This document shows, in pieces, positions 42,851-57,935 of a DNA stretch of 64,000 nucleotides (position 1 is its first letter; every line of letters starts with the position of its first letter). The stretch lies in contig CM022671.1 of NCBI GenBank assembly GCA_012295275.1, positions 21,824,001-21,888,000 on the forward strand. Direction: 5' to 3'. The DNA is from Chrysomallon squamiferum (taxonomy: Eukaryota > Animalia > Mollusca). Made by a program: the position numbers and the translations under genes. Below the pieces are notes generated by a model. The model was not told where the DNA came from. It searched no databases and worked only from the letters and a program-made list of their open reading frames with translations.

Positions 42851-43948
42851 ATTCGAATGTTTTTGTGGCCTTCCACATAAATTGATCCACATGAAACATT
42901 TTTGCAAATTTAATTCTGTCTTTGGAAAAGGCACGAATTTTATACTAACTGTTCGTTCCAGATACCGATATTTGCTGTTAGACAGACCGTAACTACATCT
43001 GTTTACCACGATTGTTACACACACTGTAACTATACCACTTTACACAGACCGGAACTACATCTCTTTACCACGATTATTACACACACTGTAACTATACCAC
43101 TTTACACAGACCGTAACTACATCTCTTTACCACGATTATTATACAGACTGTAACTATATCACTTTACCACGATTGTTACACAGACTGTAACTATATCACT
43201 ATACCATTTTTGCACAGACGTTAACTACTTCTCTTTACGAAGATTATTACACAAACTGTAACTACATCTCTTTACCAACTTTGTTACACAGACGGTAACT
43301 ACATCTCTTTACCACGATTGTTACACAGACTGTAAATACATCTCTTTATCCTGATTGTTACACATATTGTAACTACATGTTTTTATCATGATTGTTACAC
43401 AGACCTTACCTACATATCCTTACCACGTTTATTACACAGACCGTAACTACATCTCTTTACCAGGATTGTTACACAGACCGTAACTACTAGATCTTTTTAC
43501 CACGACTGTTACACAGACCGTATCTACATCTCTTTACCACGATTCTTACACAGACCCGTAACTAAATATCTTTACCATGTTTGTTACACATACTGTAACT
43601 ACATATCTTTACCACGATTGTTAAACAGACGTAACTACATCTCTTTACGAAGATAATTACAGAGACTGTAATTAATAATGTAAGAACTGTAAAAATATAA
43701 ATTATAAACATGTTTATACACGATAATTAAATAAATATTACGGTAAGTTAATAATATACTTAAAATAAAATGTAGCAGACATTCTGCTTTAAATGGGCAT
43801 AGAAAAATAAGGGTTTTGTAAATATTATATTACTCACTACATAGAAAACAAAATTATAATTTTATAAACTCTAATAATGTATTTAATGGTTTGAAGCAAG
43901 AAGTAGTTAATTTTTATTGTATTTTACTAACCATTTTCCTCATTCTGA

Positions 43949-44037
<89 letters not shown>

Positions 44038-45071
44038 TTCATATAAATCAAAGGTTAAACATACATATGTGCATACCTACCTATATCTATCTACCTACCT
44101 AGATAAATACGTACATACCTACGTATATCTATCTACTTATTTAAAACAACAGAATATCAATTCCTAAATACACTCAATTCTCTAAACAAAATAAAGATTA
44201 GATTTGTTTTATAGCAGAGATTACAGTAAAATGTAATTCTAGATTCCATATCCATATGTATATAATACGTGCATATCTGCAGGTAAGTTGAACATGAATT
44301 TCAGTTTGAATTTAATTAAAAAGGTTAACTATTGCAGGCCCTGCTTTTATAGCAGAGAATAAAAGTAAAATGTAAAAACAAGCGCACACTATACTAGTAA
44401 GAAGTAAAGAAAGGAAAAACCTCGTCCAACCCTCAAAACAATCTAATAACAGAGGAAGATGAGAAGAAAACAGATTTAAAACAACCAATTGGAAAACACC
44501 ATACGTAAACACGTATGTTTGCACTTACCTGTTTGGTTGTTTTAAAATATTCATGTAATTCTAGATTCCATATCCATATGTATATAATACCTGCATATCT
44601 GCAGGTAAGTTGAACATGAATTTCAGTTTGAGTTTAATTAAAAAGGTTAACTATTGCAGGCCCTGATTACAAATTCATATACACAGACTGTACCATATAA
44701 ATATATGATCACTACGTAAATTAGAAGAATTAAAAAAAAAAACAACAATTATTTGGATTTAAAAGAATTTGTCACCTAGATCCAGATCAACGGTTTACAT
44801 ATACACACATACACATACATACATATATACAGACGTACATACATAATATACTACGTACATACATACAGACATACAGATAGACAAGCACGACATGCAGAAG
44901 AGACTGATTACAGAAGAGTAGGAAAAAAGAGAAAACAAAGCAAATGGATGCATAATTTCATTATTTTTCTAATTGCTACTATAAACAAAGGAACAGTTGG
45001 AAATAATATTTTTTCGTTGTTGCAGTTATTATTCTGTTTTTTTCTTTTTCTACATGTTTAAATCATTTGCC

Positions 45072-45263
45072 TTACATTAACCCACACATATGTGATGTTC
45101 TTACACAGTTGTTGTATGTAATGGAATCGTAGTTTCTCGAACAGATCGAGCCGCCCCTGTATCTAACAGTAAACGTTCCTGTCTGGCTGCTAACTCTACA
45201 GGTTTTTTTCCATCCGTAAACAATTCGGCTGAAATTAACCATAGGTTCACTGGTACATCTTAC
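45072..45263 (-). pseudogene. Inverted orphan B-type terminal exon inside inverted block about 44030-45470
   Basis: tattacag|VRCTSEPMVNFSRIVYGWKKTC...CVRTSHMCGLM* (TAC>TAA before GK); no minus-strand first coding exon upstream. Confidence 0.8.
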
Positions 45264-46444
45264 CTGTAATAGTAAGAAAGTAAATAAAGAAATAAATAAT
45301 AAATAAATAATATATACCAGATAATATAACATACACAAACGCACAAATATTTTATTTTATATTTATATATTTTTATTTAATAATAATAATAATAATAATA
45401 ATACATACATACATACATACATACATACATACATACATACATACATACATACATACGTACGTACATACATATTACTAATTTTCTCTTTACATTCCTAAAT
45501 CATGAACGCATATCTAGAACAGAAGTATTATATTTTGTTTTCTATGTAGTGAGTATAATATTTGTAATGTCAGAAACTGTATTATATAATTTTGAGAAGT
45601 TCGGTTATTTGATAAAACAAAGAAACACTAGGATTAACAAACTGAAAATGGGCATTAAAATTCAAAGTAAATTGAGAAAGGCTGTCTGCAGAGGTGTTTA
45701 CTGAGCGCCTATATTATACTATATTTTATTATATTTTTGTTGTTGTTAACAGTAATAATAATAATGATGATGATGATGGTGATTATGACGTTAATGATGC
45801 TGATAATAATAGTATTCGTCTTCATTTTCTTCTTCTTCTTCTTATTGCTGTTGCTGTTGCTGCTTGTTCTGCTATTGTTACATGCGGATTCTGTTTTGTG
45901 GACGCCGTAACCAGCTTTCTTTATTAAGGTACAAAAAAAATGTTACGCTCCTCTTTTCAGTTAACAGTTTCTGCTGATTTCTCTTTCAGGGCAACTGCTG
46001 ACGCGGCCTTGGGAAAATAAAACAAGTGACAAGTTTTTGAAGTGAGGAGCATGTACAGCAAATAAAAATATATTATTTTACAAATAGCTTTTTTTAAATT
46101 AAAATTTGACAGTAATTACTGAGGAGAAATCGTAAATATTGAACAGATGCTACATCAAGGTGTAACATATCTTTCTATGTCTGATAATTTATGATTATTA
46201 ATAACATCTATCTAGTATTGTAATATTAGAGCGGTAATGTTCCAGGCTACCTCTGTCATTAAAACATTATCTCGTAAAATAATGGGTATGGAAACAGTAA
46301 AAAAAACTGTATAATATAAATTAGAGAAATCAAAGCATGTCAAATGTCTTTTCTTTTAAATATTCTCTTTATATATATCTATATGAGAGTGTGTGTGTAT
46401 ATATGTGTGTGTGCACGTGTATGTGCGCGTGTGTGTATGTGTAG

Positions 46445-46504
<60 letters not shown>

Positions 46505-46945
46505 ATTATGCTATTTACTTCTTTCTAAATGGTGCTTTGACGCAATTGCGTATTTGACTGAAAGATAACTGGACAGTAAATATATGACGTAATGACGTAA
46601 TAAATAGTGGTAACGCTCAAATTTCTAAACGTATTCTTTTGTTCTTCTTATACGTCGTTATTAATAAAAGCTATTATAAACTTTAAAATAATAAATAATA
46701 TATAAATAGTGAGATAAATGAATATGTAATTATTATCAGTTATTTAATTATAAAAATGAAGTGTAATAAAATAATAAGAGTAAACATTAATTAAACATAA
46801 TTAAAAATTATATTTACAGATTTTCACCTATTTTGGCTTTTGAGCTATATTTTAATGTATTACACATGATTACCAAGCTGTAGAAATAATTTTCGTTAAC
46901 AGCATAAGACTGATAAAAAAAAAGCAATATAATGTATGCGTGTGT

Positions 46946-47008
<63 letters not shown>

Positions 47009-47402
47009 GGACGCAACTGAGTAATTAGAAGAAGAAACCAAATAAATATATTAAGAAGTAACATAAAGAAATGAATTAAATAAAGCGTACTTTCTTCTTC
47101 TTTTTTTTAACAACAGACTAGACATTGACCTCTCCGCACAGCATATGTAACTCTTCCCCAAGAAGGGAGGTAACGCGATTGTTTCTAGGTCAGACGACCT
47201 TAAAACTGACTGCTGAGTTACGTAGACAGAGGGCTAAATTGTCTGATCTGCCGGTGAATGTCTCTCCGGATTTAAAAAAAAAAGATACCACTAAATCTTT
47301 GAAAAACCATGGATATTGTTACTTCACGATGCTAACATGTTTTGGAATGATGATGGCAGCATTTTTACGTCACCTAATCGACGAAATAAGGTAGTGTAAT
47401 AT

Positions 47403-47433
<31 letters not shown>

Positions 47434-48854
47434 TTATGTTTTTAAAAATAAAATGTAATGATCCACTGGTGAACCAAGCATTGAGATAAATATAAGAGGA
47501 AAAATACTGAGTTTACAACATCACGTGCGTGATTTTTATAGTGTTTCTCGAAGAGAGGGAAAATATTAATTTAGCTTATTTTTACAAAATGAATCTTACA
47601 TTACTTATTTTTTTAAAGTTCTTATAGTCAGTAGTTTTTATGATATACGAAGTTAGTCGAAAGAAAAATTACATTCCCATAAAATTTTATTATGAATTAT
47701 TACTTGCGAAAGCTTTAAATTTCAAGACGTGCATGAGTTAAACTAATCATCTATTGTTTATTTCTTTATTTATTTATTTATATTTATTGTTTTTATTTTT
47801 ATTTTTATTTACTTAATAAAATAATACTCTCTGAAAGCTTTAAAAATGGAAGAAAGATTCCTATGCTCATGTTAAAATTTCACATTAATTACACATTAAA
47901 CAAAATATATATTATCTCTGTTTTATATTTGACTTCTGGTTTGTCTTTCAGTTATATACAAAAGCAGAGAATTTTAATCTACTGCATACTTCCTAGATTC
48001 TAAAATTACTCTTATTAAACAGCGAAAGAGAAAAATATTTTAGAGATAAAAAACATTTTTATTTTAAAAATAGTTCTTCTTTATAGTGTTACTTTAAACT
48101 ATCCATTTGATGGTACTTACAAACGTTACCGTCAAGTTTTGTATATTCTAGTTATTACTATCATTATTATTATCATAATTGTTGTTGTTATCATTGTTAT
48201 CATTGTTATTATTGTCATCATCATTATTATTGTTAGATAGCCTGCATGCATCATTAAGACATTTTTATTTTCTTGTCATACTTTATGATTTTCAGAGATC
48301 CTTTTCGAGGTTTCACATACATTGATGATGCTTTCAAAATGCAGTGCTTTTATTGTGTTTAGACAAGTTTATTAAATGATACTATCTTCTAAGAAGGAGA
48401 TGAATTTTTTGTTTCTTTAGACAGTATGCACACGCTATCAAAAGAAAGAAACTTAAGAAACACTTTAAGATGGAAACAATTGGTGTTTAAGTTGGGTGTT
48501 GTTAATGAGTTTTGCCATGTGCAATGCATAGTTATATTTGGACATCACATTCCACATACTGCTTTTGTTATTATTAAATAAATGTTCTTGCATAAATGTT
48601 TTCGTATGATGAAATATAATGTTGAAAGAACACAATTTGGTCTTTAACAAAAGCACTTACTTTGTTTTATATGTTATAAACAGTTTCTGTTAGAAAAAAT
48701 ATATATTGTTTATGTCAGAAAAAAATATATAGTCTATGTCAGACAAAAAATATATATATATAATATTAAAGTTTTCAATGTACAGTGAACTGTATGTAAA
48801 GTGATATCTCGTTGTGCAGTTGGAACCAGTTTTGTATCAAATTAATTACTATTT

Positions 48855-49045
48855 TACAATGATTCTTACACAGACCGTAACTACTACATCTCTTTACCAT
48901 GATTGTTACACAGACTGTAACTACATCTGTTTACGAAGATTGTTACACAGACCGTAACTACATCTCTTTACCACGATTATTACACATACCGCAACTATAT
49001 CTCTTTACCACGATTGTCACACAGACCGTAACTACATCTCTACAG
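48855..49045 (+). repeat. 37-bp minisatellite, about 5 units, upstream of C2
   Basis: Same flanks as the 31705 array but far fewer units. Confidence 0.85.
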
Positions 49046-49265
49046 CTCATTCACTTCGGTATTTCTTGCTGTTAATAAAATCACAAATCGCGTATCTGGT
49101 TTAAAGAGAATAAAAATCTTCATAAACAACAGTGATTTATCATTCAAATAGTTCTATTGTGTTTCTTTCAGTAAAAATCATGGCTTATTTGTTTATTTAT
49201 TTATTTATTTATATTCATTTTTCTTTTTTCTTTCTTCCTTTATTTTCTTTCCTTTTCTTTCCTTT

Positions 49266-49306
<41 letters not shown>

Positions 49307-49403
49307 ATCAGAACAAAAACAAAATAAATAAATTCATACATACAGAAGATGGGAACAATTTAATTTTTTTTTTTTTTAAAAAAAAAAATTTTTTGTCATT
49401 CAG

Positions 49404-49458
<55 letters not shown>

Positions 49459-50496
49459 AGTTGTAGCTGTAGTATCGTTAGATAGTAGTAGTAGTAATTT
49501 TACCGTAATAGAAGAAGCGGTCGGATAGTAATAATAGTAGTTGTAGTAGTAGCGATAGTAAAAGTAGAAGTAGTAATAATAATAGAAGTTGTAGTAGTAG
49601 CAGTATTAATAGTAGTATTAATAGTAATAATAGAAGTTGTAGTGGTAGCAGTATTAATAATAGTATTAATAGTAATAACAGAAACTGTAGTAGTTGTTGT
49701 AGTAGTCATAATGATATTTTCATGACGTTTTGTGACGTAGTTCTCTGAACATGGCTAGATTTCTTTTAACGTAGGCCTCTTCATCCGAGGTTTTACGGTA
49801 CTTTTAAAAACAAGATAGTATGACGGAATATTTCACATAAACATCCAATGAGAGAATACAATATAAAAAAAAAAAATTAATAAATAAAAAAAAGTAAAAC
49901 CATCAGCGTCGACATGAATAAAAGGACAAAACGAACAACTTCGTGGCATGATTGCTTTCTGAATCGTCAGGTAAATTATACTTGATCTTGCTCTTCATTT
50001 CTACTCTGTTCTACCTTCACAACGCTATTCACTGTTCTAATGCGTGCTCTGGTACACCAGAGGCCGCGTTATAATTAAATACACATCTCTGTGAGAATGA
50101 AATACTGTTATTCCATTCTTCATTTATTATTTCAAACTTTTTGAGTAACTGGATCTAAACTCATAGGCTCATTCACTTGGCTATTTCTTGAACAGGACCA
50201 ATCACTGACTACGGGAAGGTGCATATAAAAATCCCTTATAGTCAATCGCAAGACGGTAAAGATCCTTTTTTGTGCCTTAATTCTTTCGTCCTTAAAACTA
50301 TCTACGACACCATATAACAAATTGTTGTTTGTTGTTTTTGTGGTGGTGGCTCTTTGTATTTCTTCTCTTTTTATTTATTTATTTATTTATATATATATAT
50401 ATATTTTATTTTTTTAACTTTGTCGTTTTTCTTTTTCTTTTTTTATTATTATTATTATTTTTTGACATAAATGTATTTTTCTTTTCTTCTGCAGAC

Positions 50497-51331
50497 ATGA
50501 AGATGCTAGCATTCTGCATTGTGCTGCTGTTGTCGCTAGGGTGCTCTTTCGTCGGTTCGGTACGTCGCGTTTACAGCATGCGTATTTCACCGAAAGATAC
50601 GAAATGTTACAGTGATGGAACCATGAGAGTCGTTTATTACTACTTGGGATATGGACTTGTGTATGCTAACTGGAGTGGAGGAGGGTCGGTAAGTAGGTGG
50701 TATTTTCGTGTTTGGTTTGCGCGTTCGAGTGTTTCGTACCGAAAAGTCGTTGATCCAGATCTATGCATCACAGTGCTAGGGAAAGCGATAGCACCCATTT
50801 TTGGTGTTTTTTTTTCAGTAGCTGTTTTCAAACGCGAAAATCCGTTGATATCTAAATGAGTATATATGATTTTTCTTCCTCATATTTCATTAATTACATT
50901 TAAAAAATAAAATAAAAAGGGTGTGTGTCTGTGTGTATGTACGTATTATAATTATTATTATTATTATTATTATTATCATCATCATCATCATCATCATCAT
51001 CATTATTATTATTATTATTATTATTTATTAAATAAATAAATATAAAATAAAATATTGGTTCGTTTGTGTATGTTATATTATGTAGTGTATGTTATTTATT
51101 TATTTCTTATTTATTTCTTTGTTTACCTACTTACTATTACAGGTAAAATGTCAGAGAGCTTCACTCAAAAAGGTGTACGGATTGATAAACATCTGTCGAG
51201 TTGGCAGCCAGTCAGGAACGTTTTCTATTTCATACCGGAGCGGCTCGGACTGTTGGAGAACCTACGATTCCATTACATTCGACAAGTGTAAAATAACATC
51301 AACTTTCTGTTGGTACAGGTACGGCAAATGA
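50497..51331 (+). CDS. Family gene C2, 126 aa; exons 50497-50688, 51143-51331
   Basis: MKMLAFCIVLLLSLGCSFVGSV-RRVYSMRISPKDTKCYSDGTMRVVYYYLGYGLVYANWSGGGS|VKCQRASLKKVYGLINICRVGSQSGTFSISYRSGSDCWRTYDSITFDKCKITSTFCWYRYGK*. Confidence 0.88.
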
Positions 51332-51827
51332 TTTAAACACGTAAAAAAAAAAAATAATAATAATAATAATAATAACTGCAACCAAGAAAAATAAAGAAAT
51401 TATGTATCCATTTGTTTTGTTTCTCTCTTTTTTCATATTCTTCTGTTATCAGTATATCCCTCTCTCTTCTCTCTCTCTCTCTCTCAGAGAAACAAATCAG
51501 GATAAAATATCAAACGAACACATAAAAGACACAATAAAAATACTGATCAGTATTTTCACTGAAATTGACAGGACTGGTGTATGCTAATGATCACACTGAC
51601 AGAAATGGGTAGGACAGGTGACAAGTATACTGAGCAAATCCAAAATGTTGTACAGTACTAAATTTCACAATAAACGAATAAATAAATAAATTAAAATAAA
51701 ATAAAATGAAATAAAATAAAATAAAATAAAATATAATAAAATAAAACAAAATTAAATTAAATTAATGGCCCCCCCCCAAAAAAAAAAAAAAAAATAAAAT
51801 AGAAAACAAAATTGGTTTTGTACAGAC

Positions 51828-51911
51828 ATGAAGAGCCTAGCATTGTGTCTGTTGTCGCTGGTGATTTGCCTTAAAGCAATCAGTACGCCCCGTTTACGAG
51901 ACAAAAACTAA
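51828..51911 (+). pseudogene. F-type signal-peptide exon relic
   Basis: gtacag|acATG MKSLALCLLSLVICLKAISTPRLRDKN*; frameshifted relative to the 36038 relic. Confidence 0.6.
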
Positions 51912-52602
51912 CAATCTACTTTTATCAAAAAGGAGCTGGATAAAAAGAGTATGGAGTAATCAACAACTACTACTACTACCACTACAATTATTACTACTAC
52001 TTCTACCAGCAGATTACTATACAACTATTACTGCTATTACAATTAAGAGAGACATAGAGAGATTGGAAAACGTTTTGGTATTTTTTCCTCTAATTCAAAT
52101 AGAAATCGGAAACCAAACCCTTATAGTGGTTTAAATTTTACTTTCACTATTTAGGAGAAATTACAAATGTTTGAAATATTCTGATTTGTTATTTTCTTTT
52201 AATAGTTAGTGTTTAAAGGCACACACCCAAACCGGCCCAACAAACCCCGGGCTGGGGCAGGTTGGGTCACCCTTAGGGGGGCAGCTAGGAGTATAGCATA
52301 ATGCAGAATAAAAATAATCTCAAATATGCACAAAACACGTGATTTATTTCAAAATAACTTGCGATGCAATTAACAACCATTTAAATTTAAGAAAATAAAA
52401 AATAAACCTCAGCTTAAAATCACACAATGTAGGCAAAACCAAAAATGGCTCAAAATGGACTGGAAAACAGTTTCATTTTTATAAAAAGGCAAAATACGTG
52501 CAGAGATAAATTTAAAACATAATGACCCTACGAAGACTGGATACACTCTGAGGTACCATGAGACAATATATTATACACAAGATAAGTACAAAACCAGAAT
52601 GT

Positions 52603-52985
52603 ACAGACCGTATCTACATCTCTTTACAATGATTGTTACACAGACCGTAACTACATCTTTTTACCACGTTTGTTACATAGACCGTATCTACCTCCCTTTA
52701 CGAAGATTGTTACACAGACCGTAAGTACATCTTTTTGCGAAGATTGTTACACAGACCGTAACTACCACATCTCTTTACCACGACTGTTATACAGACAGTA
52801 ACTACATCTCTTTACCACGATTGTTACACAGACCACAACTACATCTCTTCACCACGATTGTTACACGCTTTAAATACATCTCTTTACCATGATTGTTACA
52901 CAGACCGTAACTACGACTCTTTAGAAATGATCATTAACCATGATTGTTACACAAACCGTAACTACATGTCTTTACCATGATTGTG
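52603..52985 (+). repeat. 37-bp minisatellite upstream of E1
   Basis: About 10 degenerate units. Confidence 0.85.
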
Positions 52986-54011
52986 GTTAAGCTTCCCAAC
53001 ACACTGAATAACACAAACGATTCTTTGTTGTCTAATGCTCGCTCGTTAGTCATTGGTCAATGCTAGTGGTCAGTCGTGGATGGCGGAGTGGTCAGTTGGC
53101 ACAATTTGTCTGATGACAAACTTGCAAGTCTTTGACCCCGCGTCAGTATTTCTTGCTAAAGGGAACAATGAATAAAAACACAAATCGTGTATCCGGTTTA
53201 AAGAGAACAAAAAATCTTCATAAACATTAGAGATTGATCATTTAACGTAGGCCTCTCCATCCGAGGATTTACGGTACTTTTTAAAAACAAGATAGTATGA
53301 CGGAGTATTTCACATAAACAGCCAATCAGAGAACACCCTATATAAATAAAAAAATAAAAAATGTTATAACCATCAGCGTCGACATGAATAAAAGGACAAA
53401 ACGAACAACTTCGTGGCATGATTGCATTCTGAATCGTCAGGTAAATTATACTTGATTTTGCTTTTCATTTCTACTCTGTTCTACTTTCACATCGCTATTC
53501 ACTGTTCTAACGCATGCTCCGCGATTGGTACATCAGAGGTCGAGTTATAATTATTAGATGTCTTTATGAAAATGAAATATTGTTATTCCATTCTTCATTT
53601 ATTAATTCAAATTATTTGAGTAACTGGGTCTAAACTCATCAGCTCATTCACTTGGCTATTTCTTGCACCAGGACCGGTTTTTCGAATCACTGATTACGGA
53701 AAGGTGCATATGAAAATGCCTTATAGCCTATCGCGTGTTGGTAAAGGGCCTTTTTATGCCTTAACGGTTTCGTTCTTGAAACACATCTACGACTCCATAC
53801 AACAGTTTGTTGTTTGTCGTTGTTTTTGTTGCTTGTTTTTTTTTTTTTATTTAGTTTTTTTCTCAGGGATGTTTTGGATGTTGTTTTGGTGTTTTTATTT
53901 TATTGATTAGATCTGTTTTATTTATTTATTTATTTATTATTAATAAATTTATTGTTTTTGGTTTCAATGGGTTTTTTTTTTTTTTTACATAATTTGTTTT
54001 CTTCCGCAGAT

Positions 54012-54615
54012 ATGAGAATCTTTGCGTTCTGCCTTGTACTTCTGTTGTCGGTAGGGTGCGCCGTCAGCGATGACTTTTACCGGATAGGAATTTTACCGGA
54101 CGAGACGACATGTTACAAAAATCGAACCATGTCACTCGTTTATTTCTACCTTGGAAATTTGACTGTGTCTCAAAACTGGAATAACCGTTCGGTGTGTAGC
54201 TGGCATTTTCATGTTTAATTCGTGAGTTTACGTTTGTTAGGTAACGAGTTTAAGTGTTTTGTACCGATAACTCTTTAATCCAAATGTGAGGCAGACTGAA
54301 AATCTGTTGTCTGCCGACTGGGTTTGAGGCTCTGTGACAGTTATGTTGGATTAAAGCTAATTTCACGCTGTACACTTTTATAATGAGAACATTGTGAGTC
54401 TGTGGGTGGTGAAGTTAAAGATACACAATAACGTAGGTCAAAAATGAAATCGGTTATGAGTTAAGAATAATCCTGTAAGAGCAATGAAAGTGAAAGATCC
54501 GTTGATATGTAAATAAGTATATATATATATATATAAAATCTTACTCCCTGATATCTCATTAATTACATTTAAAACAAAAATGTGTTTCTATTTGTGTGTG
54601 TGTTGTATATGTGTG

Positions 54616-54653
<38 letters not shown>

Positions 54654-54943
54654 AAAACTATGTATGTATTATTATTGCGCTTGTGTATGTTATATTATAT
54701 ATATATATATATTATTTATTTATTTCTTTATTTACCTACTTACTATAACAGGTAAGATGTACCAGTGAACCTAAGTTCAATTCCAAGGAAAATGTGTACG
54801 AATGGAGAAAAACCTGTCGAGTTAGCAGCCAGACAGGAACGTTTACTGTTAGAGACAGGGGCGGCTCGATCTGTTGGAGAAACTACGATTCAATTACATA
54901 CGACAAGTGTATAAAAACATCACATAAGTGTGGGTTAATCTAA
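54012..54943 (+). CDS. Family gene E1, 123 aa; exons 54012-54191, 54752-54943
   Basis: MRIFAFCLVLLLSVGCAVS-DDFYRIGILPDETTCYKNRTMSLVYFYLGNLTVSQNWNNRS|VRCTSEPKFNSKENVYEWRKTCRVSSQTGTFTVRDRGGSICWRNYDSITYDKCIKTSHKCGLI*; donor GTGTGT is weaker. Confidence 0.82.
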
Positions 54944-55114
54944 GGCAAATCATTTAAACATGCAAAAAAAATAGAAAAATAATAATAATAATAACTGAAA
55001 CAACGAAGAAACCTTTTTCCAAATGTTCCTTTGTTTATAGCAGCAATTAGAAAAATAAAACAAAATGTATGCATCCGTTTGTTTTATTTGTCTGTTTTTT
55101 TCTACTCTTCTGTA

Positions 55115-55211
<97 letters not shown>

Positions 55212-55369
55212 CTCTGTATGTTTAAAAGAACGATACTTTTCTTTTAGATATGGTATGATGCATTAGAAATTTAACAGCACAAAGATAAAAGCTGTGATAT
55301 TTATTCTAATTTTTTTATTTAAATAGAAGAAAGAGACTGAGTAAGGAGGTCATCGAGATCAATAAAGTC

Positions 55370-55536
<167 letters not shown>

Positions 55537-56052
55537 CTCCATAAAATTCACGAATTAAGAAAATTTCAAAAAATCGGAAAAGAAACAATAATTTAATTCC
55601 TCAAAAGCGTATTATGTTTGGTGATCTAAATGTAAGTCAAAAAAAAAAAATGATACTGCTTGGTGTTAAATTATTAATGCAGTTAATATGGGAAAGCTTA
55701 TCAAGTAATACGTTCGGACATACATATTTTATTGACAGGAATAGTAGTAAGCGGGAAAATTCTTTTTATTAATTCACGACAAAATATCAAATAAACAGAT
55801 AAAAGACAGAGTAAAAATACTGATCAATATTTTCACAGAAATAGATGGGACTAGTGTATGCTAACGATAACACTGACAGAAATGGGTAGGACAGGTGTCA
55901 AGTATACTGAGTAAATCCAACATGTTGTACAGTACTAAATTTCACATTAAACGAATAAATAAAAAAAAAAAAAAATAATAATAATAAAAATTAAATTAAA
56001 TTAAATTAAAAAAAAAAAAAAAAATAGAAAACAAAATTGGTTTTGTACAGAC

Positions 56053-56135
56053 ATGAAGAGCCTAGCACTGTATCTTGTGGTTCTGTTGTCGCTGGGATTT
56101 GACTGAAATCATGGACTACGCCCCGTTTACGAGAA
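56053..56135 (+). pseudogene. F-type signal-peptide exon relic
   Basis: MKSLALYLVVLLSLGFD* followed by RPVYE relic. Confidence 0.6.
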
Positions 56136-57256
56136 GAAAAAAAAAACAATCTACTTTTATGAAAAAGGAGCTGGATTAAAACAGTATGGAATAATCGTTT
56201 TGTGAGTACAACAACAACTACTACTATCACTACAATTATGACTACTACTTCTACCAGTACATTACTATACTACTATTACTGCTATTACAATTAAGCGAGA
56301 CATGGAGAGAGTGGAAAACGTTTTGGTATTTTAACCTCTAATTCAAATAGAAATCGGAAAACAAACCCTCATTATGGCTCTAAATGTACTGGAAAACAGG
56401 TTCATTTTTATAAAAAGGCGAAACACGTGCGACATTAAATCTGAAACATAATGACCCTACGAAGACTGGATACACTCTGATGCAACACGAGACAATATAT
56501 TATACACAAGATAAGTACAAAACCAGAATGCACAAGCATAGCCAGAGCTACAACCTGTAAGGCATACGTTGATGATTTCCATCCCATTTTCGGCCTGTGT
56601 AATTGGAAATGTCTTCTGTTTTGTTCAGCAATCCAACAGATCAATTTTCTTAGCGTCTTAGGATCCAATAGGAAGCCAATACGCGACGTTGTTAGTGTAT
56701 TTTCAGTCAGTTTTTCTTCCTATGCCTCTGTGAAACATGAAAAACAGCTGTTTTCCTCAGCGATGTTCCTCTACAGCTTATTTTAAAATATCTGCTGACA
56801 CCTGTTTACGATTACCCTTCTTTTCGTATGTTCTCACCGTCCGTTTTTAAATAAATAAATATATATATGTATGTATTACTGTCCACGTATAACAAAGATT
56901 ACCTTTGAAAGTAAATAATCTTTAGCTAAGAAGTTGAAAGTTGCAAAAACAATCTTTTCAATGTCAAATCAGAACGTATTTATTCGAGATCTTCATAACT
57001 CGTGCGTATCAATTAGCACTATAACATCGTGCTAGATCTAGCTAATCTTAAAACTATAAGTGGACAAAAAACACATAAAAATATATATATATTTTTTTTT
57101 TGAGAATTCCATATCACAAAAATACACTTTGAAAGTAAATAATGTTTAGCTATGTGTAAGGAGTTGAATGTTACAATGACAAATCAGAAAGCATCTCTTG
57201 GACAACTTGAAAACCCGTGCCTATCAAATAGTACTAGATCCAAGACATCTAAAACT

Positions 57257-57321
<65 letters not shown>

Positions 57322-57835
57322 AAAAGGATTAAAAGCAGTTTTTAAAAAGGATTAAAAGCAGGTAAAGGAAAGGATATGTGTACACTTAGCATAAACAATT
57401 ACTGATGCTTGGTGTTAGAAAATAACAGGATTAAGGTAATTAATATCAGAACATTAAATATGTGATATGATCGGAGGAACATATTTCGTTGACAAGTTTA
57501 CCAGTAAGCGACAGACTGAACGACAAAATATTCAGTTAACATAGTAAAAATATTGATCAATATTTTCAACAAAAAAAACAAAAGCACGAGAATAAATATA
57601 ATTAAAAAAACAAAAAAAAAACCAATTCCATTAATACAATTTAAAAAACAATAAAATTAGAAATCAGTACAAACAACACAATATATATGGAGTAGTATTC
57701 TGAATAATACGAAAGACAATGAAGAACGGAAATTAATAATTCCAGAATAACCAAGTAAGACAAACTTAATTTTTTTTTTTTTTATTTTCGTATCAAGGCA
57801 CACTGTTAAAAAGCAAAATTTGGTTTTGTTCAGAC

Positions 57836-57935
57836 TTGAAGAGACCCTTGCAGTTTGTTTTGTGGTGATACTTTAGCTGGGGTAGGCAGTAAGATATCAA
57901 GGTAAAAACTGTAATGTCACGGAACCATGACTAAT
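57836..57935 (+). pseudogene. F-type exon relic (ATG>TTG)
   Basis: Homologous to 36902; ends ...tgtaatgtcacggaaccatgact. Confidence 0.55.

Noticed and set aside
56435-56668. 77-aa minus-strand ORF duplicated at 62268-62495
   Set aside because: No recognisable motif or splice context; conservation is explained by the recent E1/E2 duplication, probably repeat-derived.
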